DNA from: a virus
Reading direction: 5' to 3' (one strand)
Length of the DNA: 35,104 bases
UHGV virus genome: UHGV-2053148
Part shown: one piece after another, positions 15,762 to 24,006 of the stretch
How the letters are laid out: each line of letters opens with the position of its first letter
How positions within the stretch are numbered: position 1 is the first letter of the stretch
The notes under the pieces: generated by a model
Told to the model about the DNA's origin: nothing
Seen by the model: only the letters and a program-made list of their open reading frames with translations
The model's database searches: none
Program-made: the position numbers and the translations under genes

Positions 15762-17648
15762 ATGGCCACCAAGAAAGAAATTGAAATCAAACTCAAGTCC
15801 ACGCTGGACGGAAAAGGCGTGGAAGAAGCAAAACAGCAGATCGACGCGCTGAACAAGTCGACGGAACAACTTGATAAGGGGAGCCAGCAGGCAACCCGAA
15901 GTGTGAAGAACATGGGGCAGGGGGCCTTGCAGGCTGCCTACTTCGTTGATGATTTGCAGTACGGAATCCGGGGAATCATGAACAACATTCCCGGGCTGGT
16001 GATGGGATTCGGAGGCGGCGCAGGGCTGGCCGGCGCGATGTCGCTTGCCGTCCTCGCCGGGGCGAAGCTTTACGAATGGATGGGGAAGACGGAAGACAAG
16101 TCGGCGGATCTCGCCAAAAAAATGAAGGAGCATAGCAAAGAGATTGCCGAAGCTTCTCGTCAGGCTATCCGGGCAAGTTATCAGGCTTTGCAGGAATTCA
16201 ACCAGCAAGAACGCACCAAGACCGTTAATGAAGAGTATCAAAACTATGTAAAGGGAATTACCCGGGAATTTGAATATCAGACGGAAGAGCTTGAAAAACA
16301 AATTCGCTTGAGACGGGAGGAAGCGGCTCGCCAGAAAGGCATTGATACACGCCAGGCGGAGCTTGACCGCGTCAACTTGGAAGTGGGCTACCAGGAAGGA
16401 AGAATCACTAAGAGGCAGCGAGATTACGGCTTGATGATGGTTGATCAGAATCTGGACCAGAAAATCAGACAGCGTGATTTAGGCGTGGAGCAGGCTAATT
16501 ATATGGATATTGGCAAACAGCTTGCGGAGGCAGTCAAGGCCCGAGATGCTGCGGAAGCTCATGCTTTTGATATGCAATTCAAGCAAGGGAACCTTCCTTC
16601 TCTTCAAAATGTTCTTGGCCTTTTACAGCAGCAAGAACGATCTCAACGGAGTATTGATAGCTTAGAAAGTCAACTTCCTGATTTACGCGGGGAAATATGG
16701 GAGAAAAATAAAGAGTATAATAAAGTTTTGAAGAGAAATGGTGGTTATGAAACTACATATTCCAGTCTAGTAAAAAAAGAAATTGATGATTTAGTTGCGA
16801 AGCAGGATCGGCTTGTTGAATTAATCAAAACGGCGAGGGAAGAGGCTAATCAGGCAAATGATCAGTTGAAATCTTTTCAAGATGTGCTTGGAGAAGGAGG
16901 CGTAAATCTTGAATTAGACTATAGCCAAGGAACAGATGTCAATAGTCGCTTCAAACAAGTATCAGATGCAGTAGAAGAGTTTAAGAAGAATACGGATGCC
17001 GCGAAAAAACAGTTTGATAAATTAACGGAGAAAGCCGGTTCTTTGGGGGATGCAATGGCTTCGACCGAAGCATCTATCAAAAACATGGAACAAATTGATG
17101 CTATTCAAAATCAAATAGACGCCGGCAAGGTTAAATCATTTAACATGCAAAGAGACAGGGAAGAAGCAGAGGAAGCCCGAAGAAATGAAGAAAAAATAAA
17201 GAAGGCTCGTGAACGGGCCGAAAGGGAGGCTCAAAAGCAGACTGCCGAGAGGCAGCAGGCGATGATCCGCGGCATTACTCTTGAAGGCGTTCCCGAGCAT
17301 CCTACAGCCCAGCAACGCGCCCGGATTGCGGCTGCCCGCGAAGCTTTGAATGCAGGGAAGAAACGCCTTGCGGAAAGCATTTCTGACAAAGATACGGAAA
17401 TCGACCCCAGCGAGATTCAAGGGGCGTTTGACGTGATGGAAAACGTATTGAGAGAAAGCGGACAATACACTAAAAAATTGATGGATTATTTGAAAATCAT
17501 AGCAATAGCACAGGCTAGTAAGGTAAATGCCGTGCAAGCAGATACAAAAAAATATGTAGATGCTAAATTCGAGGAAATCTTGAAAATAGTACAGAAGGGC
17601 AACGGAAGATTGCAAACAGGGATAAACCGGCTTGCCGGAGGCTTTTAA
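15762..17648 (+). CDS. Tape measure protein (putative). Coiled-coil-rich with a Gly-rich hydrophobic segment. The 3' half is low-GC.
   Basis: 628 aa, long heptad-rich helices, hydrophobic GFGGGAGLAGAMSLAVLAGA segment. GC drops sharply from about 16560 onward. Confidence 0.5.
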   Translation: MATKKEIEIKLKSTLDGKGVEEAKQQIDALNKSTEQLDKGSQQATRSVKNMGQGALQAAYFVDDLQYGIRGIMNNIPGLVMGFGGGAGLAGAMSLAVLAGAKLYEWMGKTEDKSADLAKKMKEHSKEIAEASRQAIRASYQALQEFNQQERTKTVNEEYQNYVKGITREFEYQTEELEKQIRLRREEAARQKGIDTRQAELDRVNLEVGYQEGRITKRQRDYGLMMVDQNLDQKIRQRDLGVEQANYMDIGKQLAEAVKARDAAEAHAFDMQFKQGNLPSLQNVLGLLQQQERSQRSIDSLESQLPDLRGEIWEKNKEYNKVLKRNGGYETTYSSLVKKEIDDLVAKQDRLVELIKTAREEANQANDQLKSFQDVLGEGGVNLELDYSQGTDVNSRFKQVSDAVEEFKKNTDAAKKQFDKLTEKAGSLGDAMASTEASIKNMEQIDAIQNQIDAGKVKSFNMQRDREEAEEARRNEEKIKKARERAEREAQKQTAERQQAMIRGITLEGVPEHPTAQQRARIAAAREALNAGKKRLAESISDKDTEIDPSEIQGAFDVMENVLRESGQYTKKLMDYLKIIAIAQASKVNAVQADTKKYVDAKFEEILKIVQKGNGRLQTGINRLAGGF

Positions 17649-17695
17649 CCAGCTTTTAGGCTTGCACTAACGCCGATTTATAGCACCATACCACT

Positions 17696-18280
17696 ATGGC
17701 TAATTATTACGTTGCTTTTGACTCAAACCATGTTGATGGGCCTTACTCATTTGAAGAACTTGAAGCCTTGTACAAGGAAGGGAAAATCTTGTCAGAAACT
17801 CTTGTTTGCCCTGAAGGAGGTCAGGAGTGGCTATCCTTTGGAAGGATTTATCATCTGACCAAAAACACCAACAGAAAATCAGAAGAAAAAGAAACGGAGT
17901 GGCAACCAAAGAAGAGATTTGTTGACATTCTTTTAGATAAGTCAGAAAAAAGAAGAGAAGAAAGACTATTAAAGGAAAAAGTTCCTAAAGGGAATCTTAT
18001 TGAGTCAAAAAAAGAATCTATTTTAGAAAAAGATCCTTCTTGGAAAGAAAGTCAAGAATGGGATGAACAAGAACCTCTAAAAATTACAGTTGAAGGTATA
18101 TTTCGTTTTGTAGGCATAATTGCCCTCATTGCTGGATTTATATTGTTTTGTAACAATGTAGAAGAAAAGCAAACCGAAATAGGCTTTATTTACTTGGTTT
18201 CCGGGGCCTTCTCCTGCCTTGGCTGTTTCTGGTTCGCGAAGGTTCTGACGTTGCTCCAAAAGATCGCCGATAAGAAATAA
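17696..18280 (+). CDS. Membrane protein with N-terminal GYF-like (DUF4339-type) domain, Lys/Glu-rich linker and two C-terminal TM helices. Low-GC moron.
   Basis: YYVAFDSNHVDGPYSFEELEALYKEGKILSETLVCPEGGQEWLSFGRIY motif. About 38% GC inside a ~60% GC tail module. Confidence 0.5.
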   Translation: MANYYVAFDSNHVDGPYSFEELEALYKEGKILSETLVCPEGGQEWLSFGRIYHLTKNTNRKSEEKETEWQPKKRFVDILLDKSEKRREERLLKEKVPKGNLIESKKESILEKDPSWKESQEWDEQEPLKITVEGIFRFVGIIALIAGFILFCNNVEEKQTEIGFIYLVSGAFSCLGCFWFAKVLTLLQKIADKK

Positions 18281-18331
18281 ACCACTAACCATTTTACAAG
18301 CAGCAGGAACCACGACATCACCATCAATGAC

Positions 18332-20488
18332 TTGCTGGGCCTCAAGCCGTCGAGCCTGACCCACGACCAGCAAAGCTTTTCCGCCTCCGCCATCACCGCG
18401 GTTTATCCCGTCCGCACCTTGGGCGAGGTCTTGCCCTTCCAACAGTTCGACACTGTCACCATTTCCCAAAACGGGAACACCATTCTTTCCGGTCTCGTTT
18501 CCAGCATCGAAAAGACCTACAGCGGCTCTTCCCGTGCGTGGAAAATCGTCTTTTCCGACCCCTGGTATTGGCTGGACAACTGCTTTGCGCTGGATTCCGA
18601 ATGGAAGCCGGTCTTTTCCATGTGGAATAAAGTCAGCGGAGGGGGCGGCATCATTCCGAAGATAAGCATTTCCTCCGCGCTCTCCCGGGTGCTGAACCTT
18701 GCCAAACACCACCCGGCGGACTACGAGCTGCGTATCAGCGACGACAAGATGCTGATTCCGTGGAACGCCTCCTGCGATACGCTGGGCAGCCTCCTTCAAT
18801 CCATCCGCCGCTGGTCGCCCCGGATGGTCTCGTACTACGACTACAGCGGAGCGCGCCCCAAGCTCATCATCACGGACTATGACGCCCTGACGCCCATTGC
18901 GCTTCCCTTGCAGCCGACGGAAACGGTCAAGTCCATGGACGTCTCCCTGATCCCCCGGGGCGACCTCGTTCCGCCCTGCGTGGCTATCGTCGCGGAAACG
19001 ACCGGCAGCAACGGCTACCGCGTCTCCTACCTGTCCAAATACCCGGAAGACGGGGACCCGACCTTGCCGCACTCCATTGTTTACCGAACGTCAGTAGACT
19101 TCTACTACTCCAAATACAGTTCTACGGGGGAGCCGGTAGAAGATCCGCAGCCGGTGCAGGGCACCAGGGCCGGCAGCCTGTCTTACCAGCGCATGAAAGT
19201 GACGGGGACCAGGATTGACCAGAACGACATGATCAACAGTTTCTGGAAACATCATTTCCCGTGGATGAAAGATGTAGGAGCAATCGCCGTCTATGACCAG
19301 GATCCGACCATCACCGGGAAGCCCTGGGACGGAACGGAGGAAGACAAGCCGCGAGGCTACAACACCGCCGCCACAGGCTATGAACTGACGGACGGGCAAA
19401 TTCATACCAAATCCATCCGCCCGCAATGGTGCAACGCCACCGTCAAGCAGCGTCTTGCCATCCCGGAAAGCGCCCCGGCCAAGTGGAGGGAGAAATTCAA
19501 GAATGTGGGAACGCTGCAAGGCGTGCCCTGCTTCTGGGAAGAATTCTCGGTGGATCTGGTCACCATGGACCGCCCCTACGCGAGCTACCCCATTGACGGC
19601 ATCTACAACGGGGAACAGCCCTCCAACGGTCCGGAAGAAGGGGAATCGCCGGAACCGTCGGAAGGAGTGCCCTATGGGGACATTGCGAAAACGGTCTGGG
19701 AATCCATGCAGGAATTGCCGTGGGACGGCTCTATTTCCTTTGTCGCGCTGGGAGAAGCGCAGACGCGGCAATACATGGGCCGCCGCGTCTCGCTGCTGGG
19801 AGGAAACCCCGCCTGGCAGAACATCAACACCATGATTCAGACTGTTTCGCGCGACCTGCAGACCAACGTGATTTCCCTGTCCTACGGCGCGCCGGAACAA
19901 CTAGGGATTGAAGAATGGGTAGAATTGAAGCGCGTGAATGCTACGTCACGCAGATCCTCCACGCTGGAAAACATGCAGGGGGCGCCGGAATCGACGGAAT
20001 ACGGCTTTGACCCCAAGCCGGAATCCCCTACCATCAGCCAGCATATCACCAAATCCACCGGAGAATCCACGCCCGCGCCGGAATACGGCTTCCAGGTGCG
20101 CTTGCAGAAAGATACGGAGGGAGCCATCACCGGGGCGCAGATGAAGCCCGGCGCGCTCTACCTGAACGGCTCGCTGCTCGGCAAATACCCGCAGGGGGGC
20201 GGTTCCGGTTCCTCGTGGGTAACTATCCCCCAAACCAGCGGGGAAGTATGGCTCAACGTCCACTTTGACAAGAACGCCAAATTGACGGGCGTGGATGTCT
20301 CGGGCATCCCGGGCCCAGTCTATCCGATTCCTCTTATGGACTACTCTTTAGGAGAGCCTCCTGATCTCAACTACGATTATGCTTTTCAAATTGCCGACAT
20401 TGAAGACGACCAGGTGACGCAGTACGCGCTGGGCATGATTCAGGTACCCGTCTTCGGAGGCACCTTCTACCCTTACGGACCAGCTTAA
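18332..20488 (+). CDS. Large distal tail / baseplate / host-specificity protein. ORF-track start is TTG 18332; an alternative CAGG start at 18305 is preceded by AACCATT.
   Basis: 718-aa beta-rich protein after the TMP region. The upstream motif is near-identical to the one before the tail tube gene. Confidence 0.45.
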   Translation: MLGLKPSSLTHDQQSFSASAITAVYPVRTLGEVLPFQQFDTVTISQNGNTILSGLVSSIEKTYSGSSRAWKIVFSDPWYWLDNCFALDSEWKPVFSMWNKVSGGGGIIPKISISSALSRVLNLAKHHPADYELRISDDKMLIPWNASCDTLGSLLQSIRRWSPRMVSYYDYSGARPKLIITDYDALTPIALPLQPTETVKSMDVSLIPRGDLVPPCVAIVAETTGSNGYRVSYLSKYPEDGDPTLPHSIVYRTSVDFYYSKYSSTGEPVEDPQPVQGTRAGSLSYQRMKVTGTRIDQNDMINSFWKHHFPWMKDVGAIAVYDQDPTITGKPWDGTEEDKPRGYNTAATGYELTDGQIHTKSIRPQWCNATVKQRLAIPESAPAKWREKFKNVGTLQGVPCFWEEFSVDLVTMDRPYASYPIDGIYNGEQPSNGPEEGESPEPSEGVPYGDIAKTVWESMQELPWDGSISFVALGEAQTRQYMGRRVSLLGGNPAWQNINTMIQTVSRDLQTNVISLSYGAPEQLGIEEWVELKRVNATSRRSSTLENMQGAPESTEYGFDPKPESPTISQHITKSTGESTPAPEYGFQVRLQKDTEGAITGAQMKPGALYLNGSLLGKYPQGGGSGSSWVTIPQTSGEVWLNVHFDKNAKLTGVDVSGIPGPVYPIPLMDYSLGEPPDLNYDYAFQIADIEDDQVTQYALGMIQVPVFGGTFYPYGPA

Positions 20489-20496
20489 CAAACACC

Positions 20497-21252
20497 ATGA
20501 TCAGAATCTATCTATTCACCTATGCCGGAGACGCGGATGAAGCCCTAGTTTGCGTACAATGCGCAGCCGCGGCTCTGCCTGAAGCTGTCATTACGGTTGT
20601 GGACGACAGCGCCGCTCCGCTTCCTGAACGCGTCAGATCCGTCCTTATGTTAACCGGGGCAAGGTATTGTCAAACCGGCTGGACAAGGAACGGCAACCTG
20701 CGCGGCCCGGAATGCGTCCGGGGCATCATTTCCACGCTGGCCGGGGAAGCGGAGGATGAAGACGTCATCGTCAAAATCGACTCCGACACGCTCCTGTTGT
20801 CGGGCGGCTGGATCCTCGACATGCAGCGCAACGGGCTGGCGTTGCACGCCTCCGGCTACCAGGTCCCCAGCCACCCGTCCGAACGCTCCGCCTATGGGCC
20901 GTGTTACGCGATCAGCGGACGGGCGGCCAGACTGGCGGCTGAGGAACTGATGCAGGCTGACATCCCCGCGCTTGCTCCCGAAGACCTGACGATCTGCCGT
21001 ACCATCCAGGGGCTCTTTCCCCAGGAGCGGATCAGGCTTGACGAACCTTGGACGCCCTTCAACAGGGAAGGGAAGTGGACAGCCTGGAACTGGTTCAGCA
21101 TCGCCGTAACGCCGAAAAAATACGCCGAATTCTGGATGGTCACCTTCGGCAACCCGCGCCCTACGAACATTCCCAAATCCGAGCGCGCCCGCGCCATGGA
21201 CGCCTTGTACCGTTACCGGTTCCACAAGGAAGAAGACGGATCATCTTGTTGA
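20497..21252 (+). CDS. Putative GT-A fold (GT2-like) glycosyltransferase at the lysogenic-conversion position next to attP/int
   Basis: N-terminal beta strand RIYLFTYAG, VITVVDDSAAP, and the DXD-like motif VKIDSDTLL. It is the last plus-strand gene before the convergent integrase. Confidence 0.45.
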   Translation: MIRIYLFTYAGDADEALVCVQCAAAALPEAVITVVDDSAAPLPERVRSVLMLTGARYCQTGWTRNGNLRGPECVRGIISTLAGEAEDEDVIVKIDSDTLLLSGGWILDMQRNGLALHASGYQVPSHPSERSAYGPCYAISGRAARLAAEELMQADIPALAPEDLTICRTIQGLFPQERIRLDEPWTPFNREGKWTAWNWFSIAVTPKKYAEFWMVTFGNPRPTNIPKSERARAMDALYRYRFHKEEDGSSC

Positions 21253-21285
21253 TGTCAACAAAATGATCGTCTTAGGGAAGGAAGG

Positions 21286-22473
21286 CTAACGGGCCAGTCC
21301 GACGGCAATCTTGCTCATGGCCTCCTGAACGTCCGCCGAATCCGGGCGGAAATACACCCGTTCAATCTCTTCGGAGTCGTGGCCGACGATGAAGCGGCAC
21401 AAATCCGGGGACACACCGGCCAGGCGCAGGACGGTCACGGCGGTCGCCCGTAGGCTGTGGAAGCTCTTTTCCGAAAGCCGGTGCCGGTCGCCTCTCACTT
21501 CCCCGGGCATCTCTCGGATGATTCCGTACGTTTTCAATAACGTCGTGAACTCCGTGGAAAGCTTGTCGGAACGTCCGCCGGCATGGGCATGGCGAAGCGC
21601 GGCCAGGGGAAACACATAATCGTTCACCCGGTTGACCAGACGCCTTTCCAGAACCTCTTTCAAGGGTTGGATGATCGGCTTGTTCATGCGGCGCCGGCTC
21701 TTCTGCGTGGTCATGAACAGGAAGGAGTTCTTCAGGTCAATCTGGTCCCATTTCAGCGTCGCCAGGTCTCCGAGGCGCTGTCCTCCGGTGTAGAGGCACA
21801 CCCGCACCAGATCCGGCCATTCATCCGGGAACCGTTCAATGATGGTGTTCACTTCCTCCATGGTGAAGGCGCCGCGCAACTGCTTTTCCGCCTGGTGGTC
21901 CGCCCGGGAAGGCATGACGCCCCGGAACGGATTCCGGGAAAGGATCTCCCGGTCTACAGCGATATTGAACGCGGTGGACAGCGTGGACACATAGCGGATG
22001 ACGGTTCCGGCGGAAACGCGCTCCATTTCCGTTTCTACAAAATCCTTCGCCATCCCTTTATTCAGGGCGGCCAGCGGCATATTCCGCCGGTCCCCCAGGA
22101 ACGCCAGAAGCCGGCGGACGGCCATGCCGTCCCGCTCATAGGCCCGCTTCTTGTTTTTCCTCCCGTCCAGCCAGTCAAAAAGGAACCGCGTCACCGTCAT
22201 GCCGTTCATGGTGGCTTTCAGCACGCCGGCCTGGTCCCCGGCAATGGCCTTCACCTTGTCCAGGTCAAAAACCCCGTACCGGGCTTCTTTCTCCATCTCC
22301 TGGGCCACCAGCCGCGCCCGTGCTTCATTCTGGGACATGACCGATTTCTTATTGGCTCCCGGAAGAAGCGCCTTGGGAACCACGTCGATGCCGGTGGTCT
22401 TCCGAAGCTCTTTGCCGTCCAGGGAGCGGAAGACGGCCACCCATTTGTTGTTGCGTTTGATGATGCCTGCCAT
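21286..22473 (-). CDS. int: Tyrosine site-specific integrase
   Basis: 395 aa. C-terminal catalytic motifs (HSLRATAVT, IVGHDS, RVYFR). N-terminal SAM-like DNA-binding region. Confidence 0.9.
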   Translation of the reverse strand: MAGIIKRNNKWVAVFRSLDGKELRKTTGIDVVPKALLPGANKKSVMSQNEARARLVAQEMEKEARYGVFDLDKVKAIAGDQAGVLKATMNGMTVTRFLFDWLDGRKNKKRAYERDGMAVRRLLAFLGDRRNMPLAALNKGMAKDFVETEMERVSAGTVIRYVSTLSTAFNIAVDREILSRNPFRGVMPSRADHQAEKQLRGAFTMEEVNTIIERFPDEWPDLVRVCLYTGGQRLGDLATLKWDQIDLKNSFLFMTTQKSRRRMNKPIIQPLKEVLERRLVNRVNDYVFPLAALRHAHAGGRSDKLSTEFTTLLKTYGIIREMPGEVRGDRHRLSEKSFHSLRATAVTVLRLAGVSPDLCRFIVGHDSEEIERVYFRPDSADVQEAMSKIAVGLAR

Positions 22474-22520
22474 AGTGCTGTACAGTCCTTAGACAATGTA
22501 CAGTCGCATGTACAGGGCGC
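22474..22520 (-). promoter_or_regulatory. Integrase upstream region with three direct TGTACAG boxes (a fourth at 22662-22668)
   Basis: TGTACAG at 22479-22485, 22497-22503, 22509-22515. Palindromic TGTACA core. Confidence 0.35.
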
Positions 22521-22772
22521 TTTTTTCTGTCAGGCGCTTTCAGGTGCGCTCAAAACTGCGCAAAATGTAGGAAAATCAAGGGTCATTCCGTCACGTGCTG
22601 ACGAGAATTGGCATCGCGTACGGGATTTAGTGTCTTGTCCATAAACTTTTAGCGGGCCACATGTACAGCATACCGTATAGCACTGCCGGAAAGTCGCGCC
22701 ATTTATTACTCCGTCGGAAGCTTCATCTAAAGGTTGACATGTCATGACACAGAAAAAATGAACCCTGCGAGG

Positions 22773-22802
22773 ATAAAAAACCGCCCGCGTCTCCCGACGC
22801 GG
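22773..22802 (-). terminator. Rho-independent terminator for leftward (minus-strand) transcription, insulating int
   Basis: Stem CCGCGTC/GACGCGG with loop TCCC at 22785-22802. On the minus strand it is followed by a T6 run (plus-strand A6 at 22775-22780). Confidence 0.5.
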
Positions 22803-23000
22803 ACGGAAAAGAATGAATAGAAAGGACGTAGTCAGGAATCTGAATACGTGCCTTTTATATCACATTTTACCCGTTAGGCAATCCTTTTCGGCGTTTCAGG
22901 AAACGTCATGACTTGTCATCCCCTGAACGGGAAATTGATGACAAAACGTCTTACCGGAGTCACAAGACATCAAATCTCATGAAAAAACAGGAATTATTAC

Positions 23001-23019
23001 CCCCCCCCCCCCCCCCCCC
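23001..23019. repeat. Homopolymeric C19 tract (G19 on the minus strand)
   Basis: Read directly. Lies in an AT-rich non-coding region about 67 nt upstream of the small membrane-peptide ORF. Confidence 0.9.
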
Positions 23020-23085
23020 GCATTTGTAACGCCTTAAATATTAGCGCATTAGGAGATAAATTTTCAGCAAGAAAGGGTTGCAACC

Positions 23086-23232
23086 ATGTCGGGTAGTGTG
23101 ATGCTTGTATTTTTCTTGCTGGCCGTCCTGTTCGGGTTCACTTGTTTCCGCCTCGGCATTATTGAAGGTTGCCGGAGAACCACGAAAAGGATCTTGGAGA
23201 ACATTTCAAAGGGGATGAAGAAAGGGGAATGA
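23086..23232 (+). CDS. Small hydrophobic membrane peptide (48 aa). Moron, toxin or exclusion candidate.
   Basis: MSGSVMLVFFLLAVLFGFTCFRLGIIEGCRRTTKRILENISKGMKKGE. RBS-like AGAAAGGG 9 nt upstream. Convergent with the repressor. Confidence 0.3.
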   Translation: MSGSVMLVFFLLAVLFGFTCFRLGIIEGCRRTTKRILENISKGMKKGE

Positions 23233-23242
23233 TTCATTCCCC
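23224..23242. terminator. Hairpin between convergent genes (GGGGAAT-gattc-ATTCCCC), possible bidirectional terminator
   Basis: 7-bp perfect stem overlapping both stop codons. Confidence 0.3.
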
Positions 23243-23644
23243 TGCATCTTCCTTCTTATCGTTCTCGCATTCAGATCTTTCTGCTATATATTTATATTGC
23301 TTATCCAGTCCGGTGCAGAGATCTATTACTTTACTTCGAAGATAACTTTCTAAATCAATACCGGGAAAGTTTTTCTGAAACCCTCTGACGATCTCCATTT
23401 CTTCTGGAGAGAAATTCAGGGATGAAAGCAGACTCTCATCACTGGAACATTCTGAAACCGTAGAAGCTTCAGTAGTGTTTTTCATAAGATTTTGAATCAC
23501 TAAAAGCGCATAAGAGGGAACGCGCCCTCGGGAAGTAAACCAGCCATCAACGGAGACTTTCTCCACTCCGCATTTATCAGCTAGCCAAAATCGGTCTTTT
23601 CCAATTCCTTTAAGCCAGTCTTTGATCTCTTCTTTGGTGGGCAT
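23234..23644 (-). CDS. CI-like repressor (Cro/C1-type HTH N-terminus, no peptidase domain)
   Basis: N-terminus EEIKDWLKGIGKDRFWLADKCGVEKVSVDGWFTSRGRVPSYALLVI is a YdaS/Cro-type HTH. Divergent from a Cro-like gene across an operator-rich region. Confidence 0.55.
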   Translation of the reverse strand: MPTKEEIKDWLKGIGKDRFWLADKCGVEKVSVDGWFTSRGRVPSYALLVIQNLMKNTTEASTVSECSSDESLLSSLNFSPEEMEIVRGFQKNFPGIDLESYLRSKVIDLCTGLDKQYKYIAERSECENDKKEDAGE

Positions 23645-23779
23645 GAGGAAAGGATATGCATTTATTACATAATTGCAAGCCTTTTATTGTGAATGGGTAT
23701 GCAATAAGTACATAATTATTGTTGACAATCATGTAGAAATTACATATTTTTAACCACGTAAAGCAACACTACAAAAAAC
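23645..23779. promoter_or_regulatory. Genetic switch region: two 18-bp operator repeats plus a rightward TTGACA-17-TATTTT promoter
   Basis: TGCATTTATTACATAATT (23657-23674) and TGCAATAAGTACATAATT (23700-23717) match 15/18. TTGACA at 23722-23727 and TATTTT at 23745-23750. Confidence 0.55.
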
Positions 23780-23995
23780 ATGATCGACGTATCATCATCT
23801 CTTAATCCGGACTTCTCCTTGCCTCCATCAATCATGGCAACTGTCAGACGATTAGCCAAAGCTTCAGGAAAAACGGAAGAAGTTTTTTTGAGGCAATATC
23901 TCATAGAATGCATGAAAGAAGAAAATGAGGCATTGGAGAATTATAACAATTCTAACAAAACGCAGCCGAAGAACACTGAACCCGCCAAGCGATAA
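23780..23995 (+). CDS. Cro-like small DNA-binding protein (possible ribbon-helix-helix)
   Basis: 71 aa. The SIMATVRRLAKASGKTEEVFLRQYLIECM pattern is RHH-like. First gene of the rightward operon. Confidence 0.45.
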   Translation: MIDVSSSLNPDFSLPPSIMATVRRLAKASGKTEEVFLRQYLIECMKEENEALENYNNSNKTQPKNTEPAKR

Positions 23996-24006
23996 TCATG
24001 GATTAC

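Noticed and set aside
15305-15784. Programmed -1 frameshift (G/GT-like) between the chaperone-like ORF and the tape measure gene
   Set aside because: The chaperone ORF and the TMP are in the same frame, separated by a stop. The only overlapping alternative frame (15305..15784) encodes Arg-rich junk. No slippery heptamer was recognised.
143-18307. Systematic sequencing error or base modification turning CATG into CAGG at start codons
   Set aside because: Many CATG sites, including ATG starts such as 13933, are intact. Errors confined to seven start codons of late genes are implausible. It is still listed as the key thing to exclude by resequencing.
884-20263. Numerous minus-strand and alternative-frame ORFs inside the GC-rich late region (for example 1223..1945, 3924..4649, 11109..11795, 18077..19072, 19091..19900)
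   Set aside because: These are typical high-GC antisense open frames: Arg/Gly/Pro-rich and fully overlapping well-supported structural genes on the plus strand.
22530-22745. Minus-strand 71-aa ORF directly upstream of int as an excisionase
   Set aside because: The sequence is Cys-rich with no basic winged-helix character. Its start lies inside the TGACATGTCA palindrome and downstream of a terminator. A better Xis-like HTH candidate is at 26620-26931.
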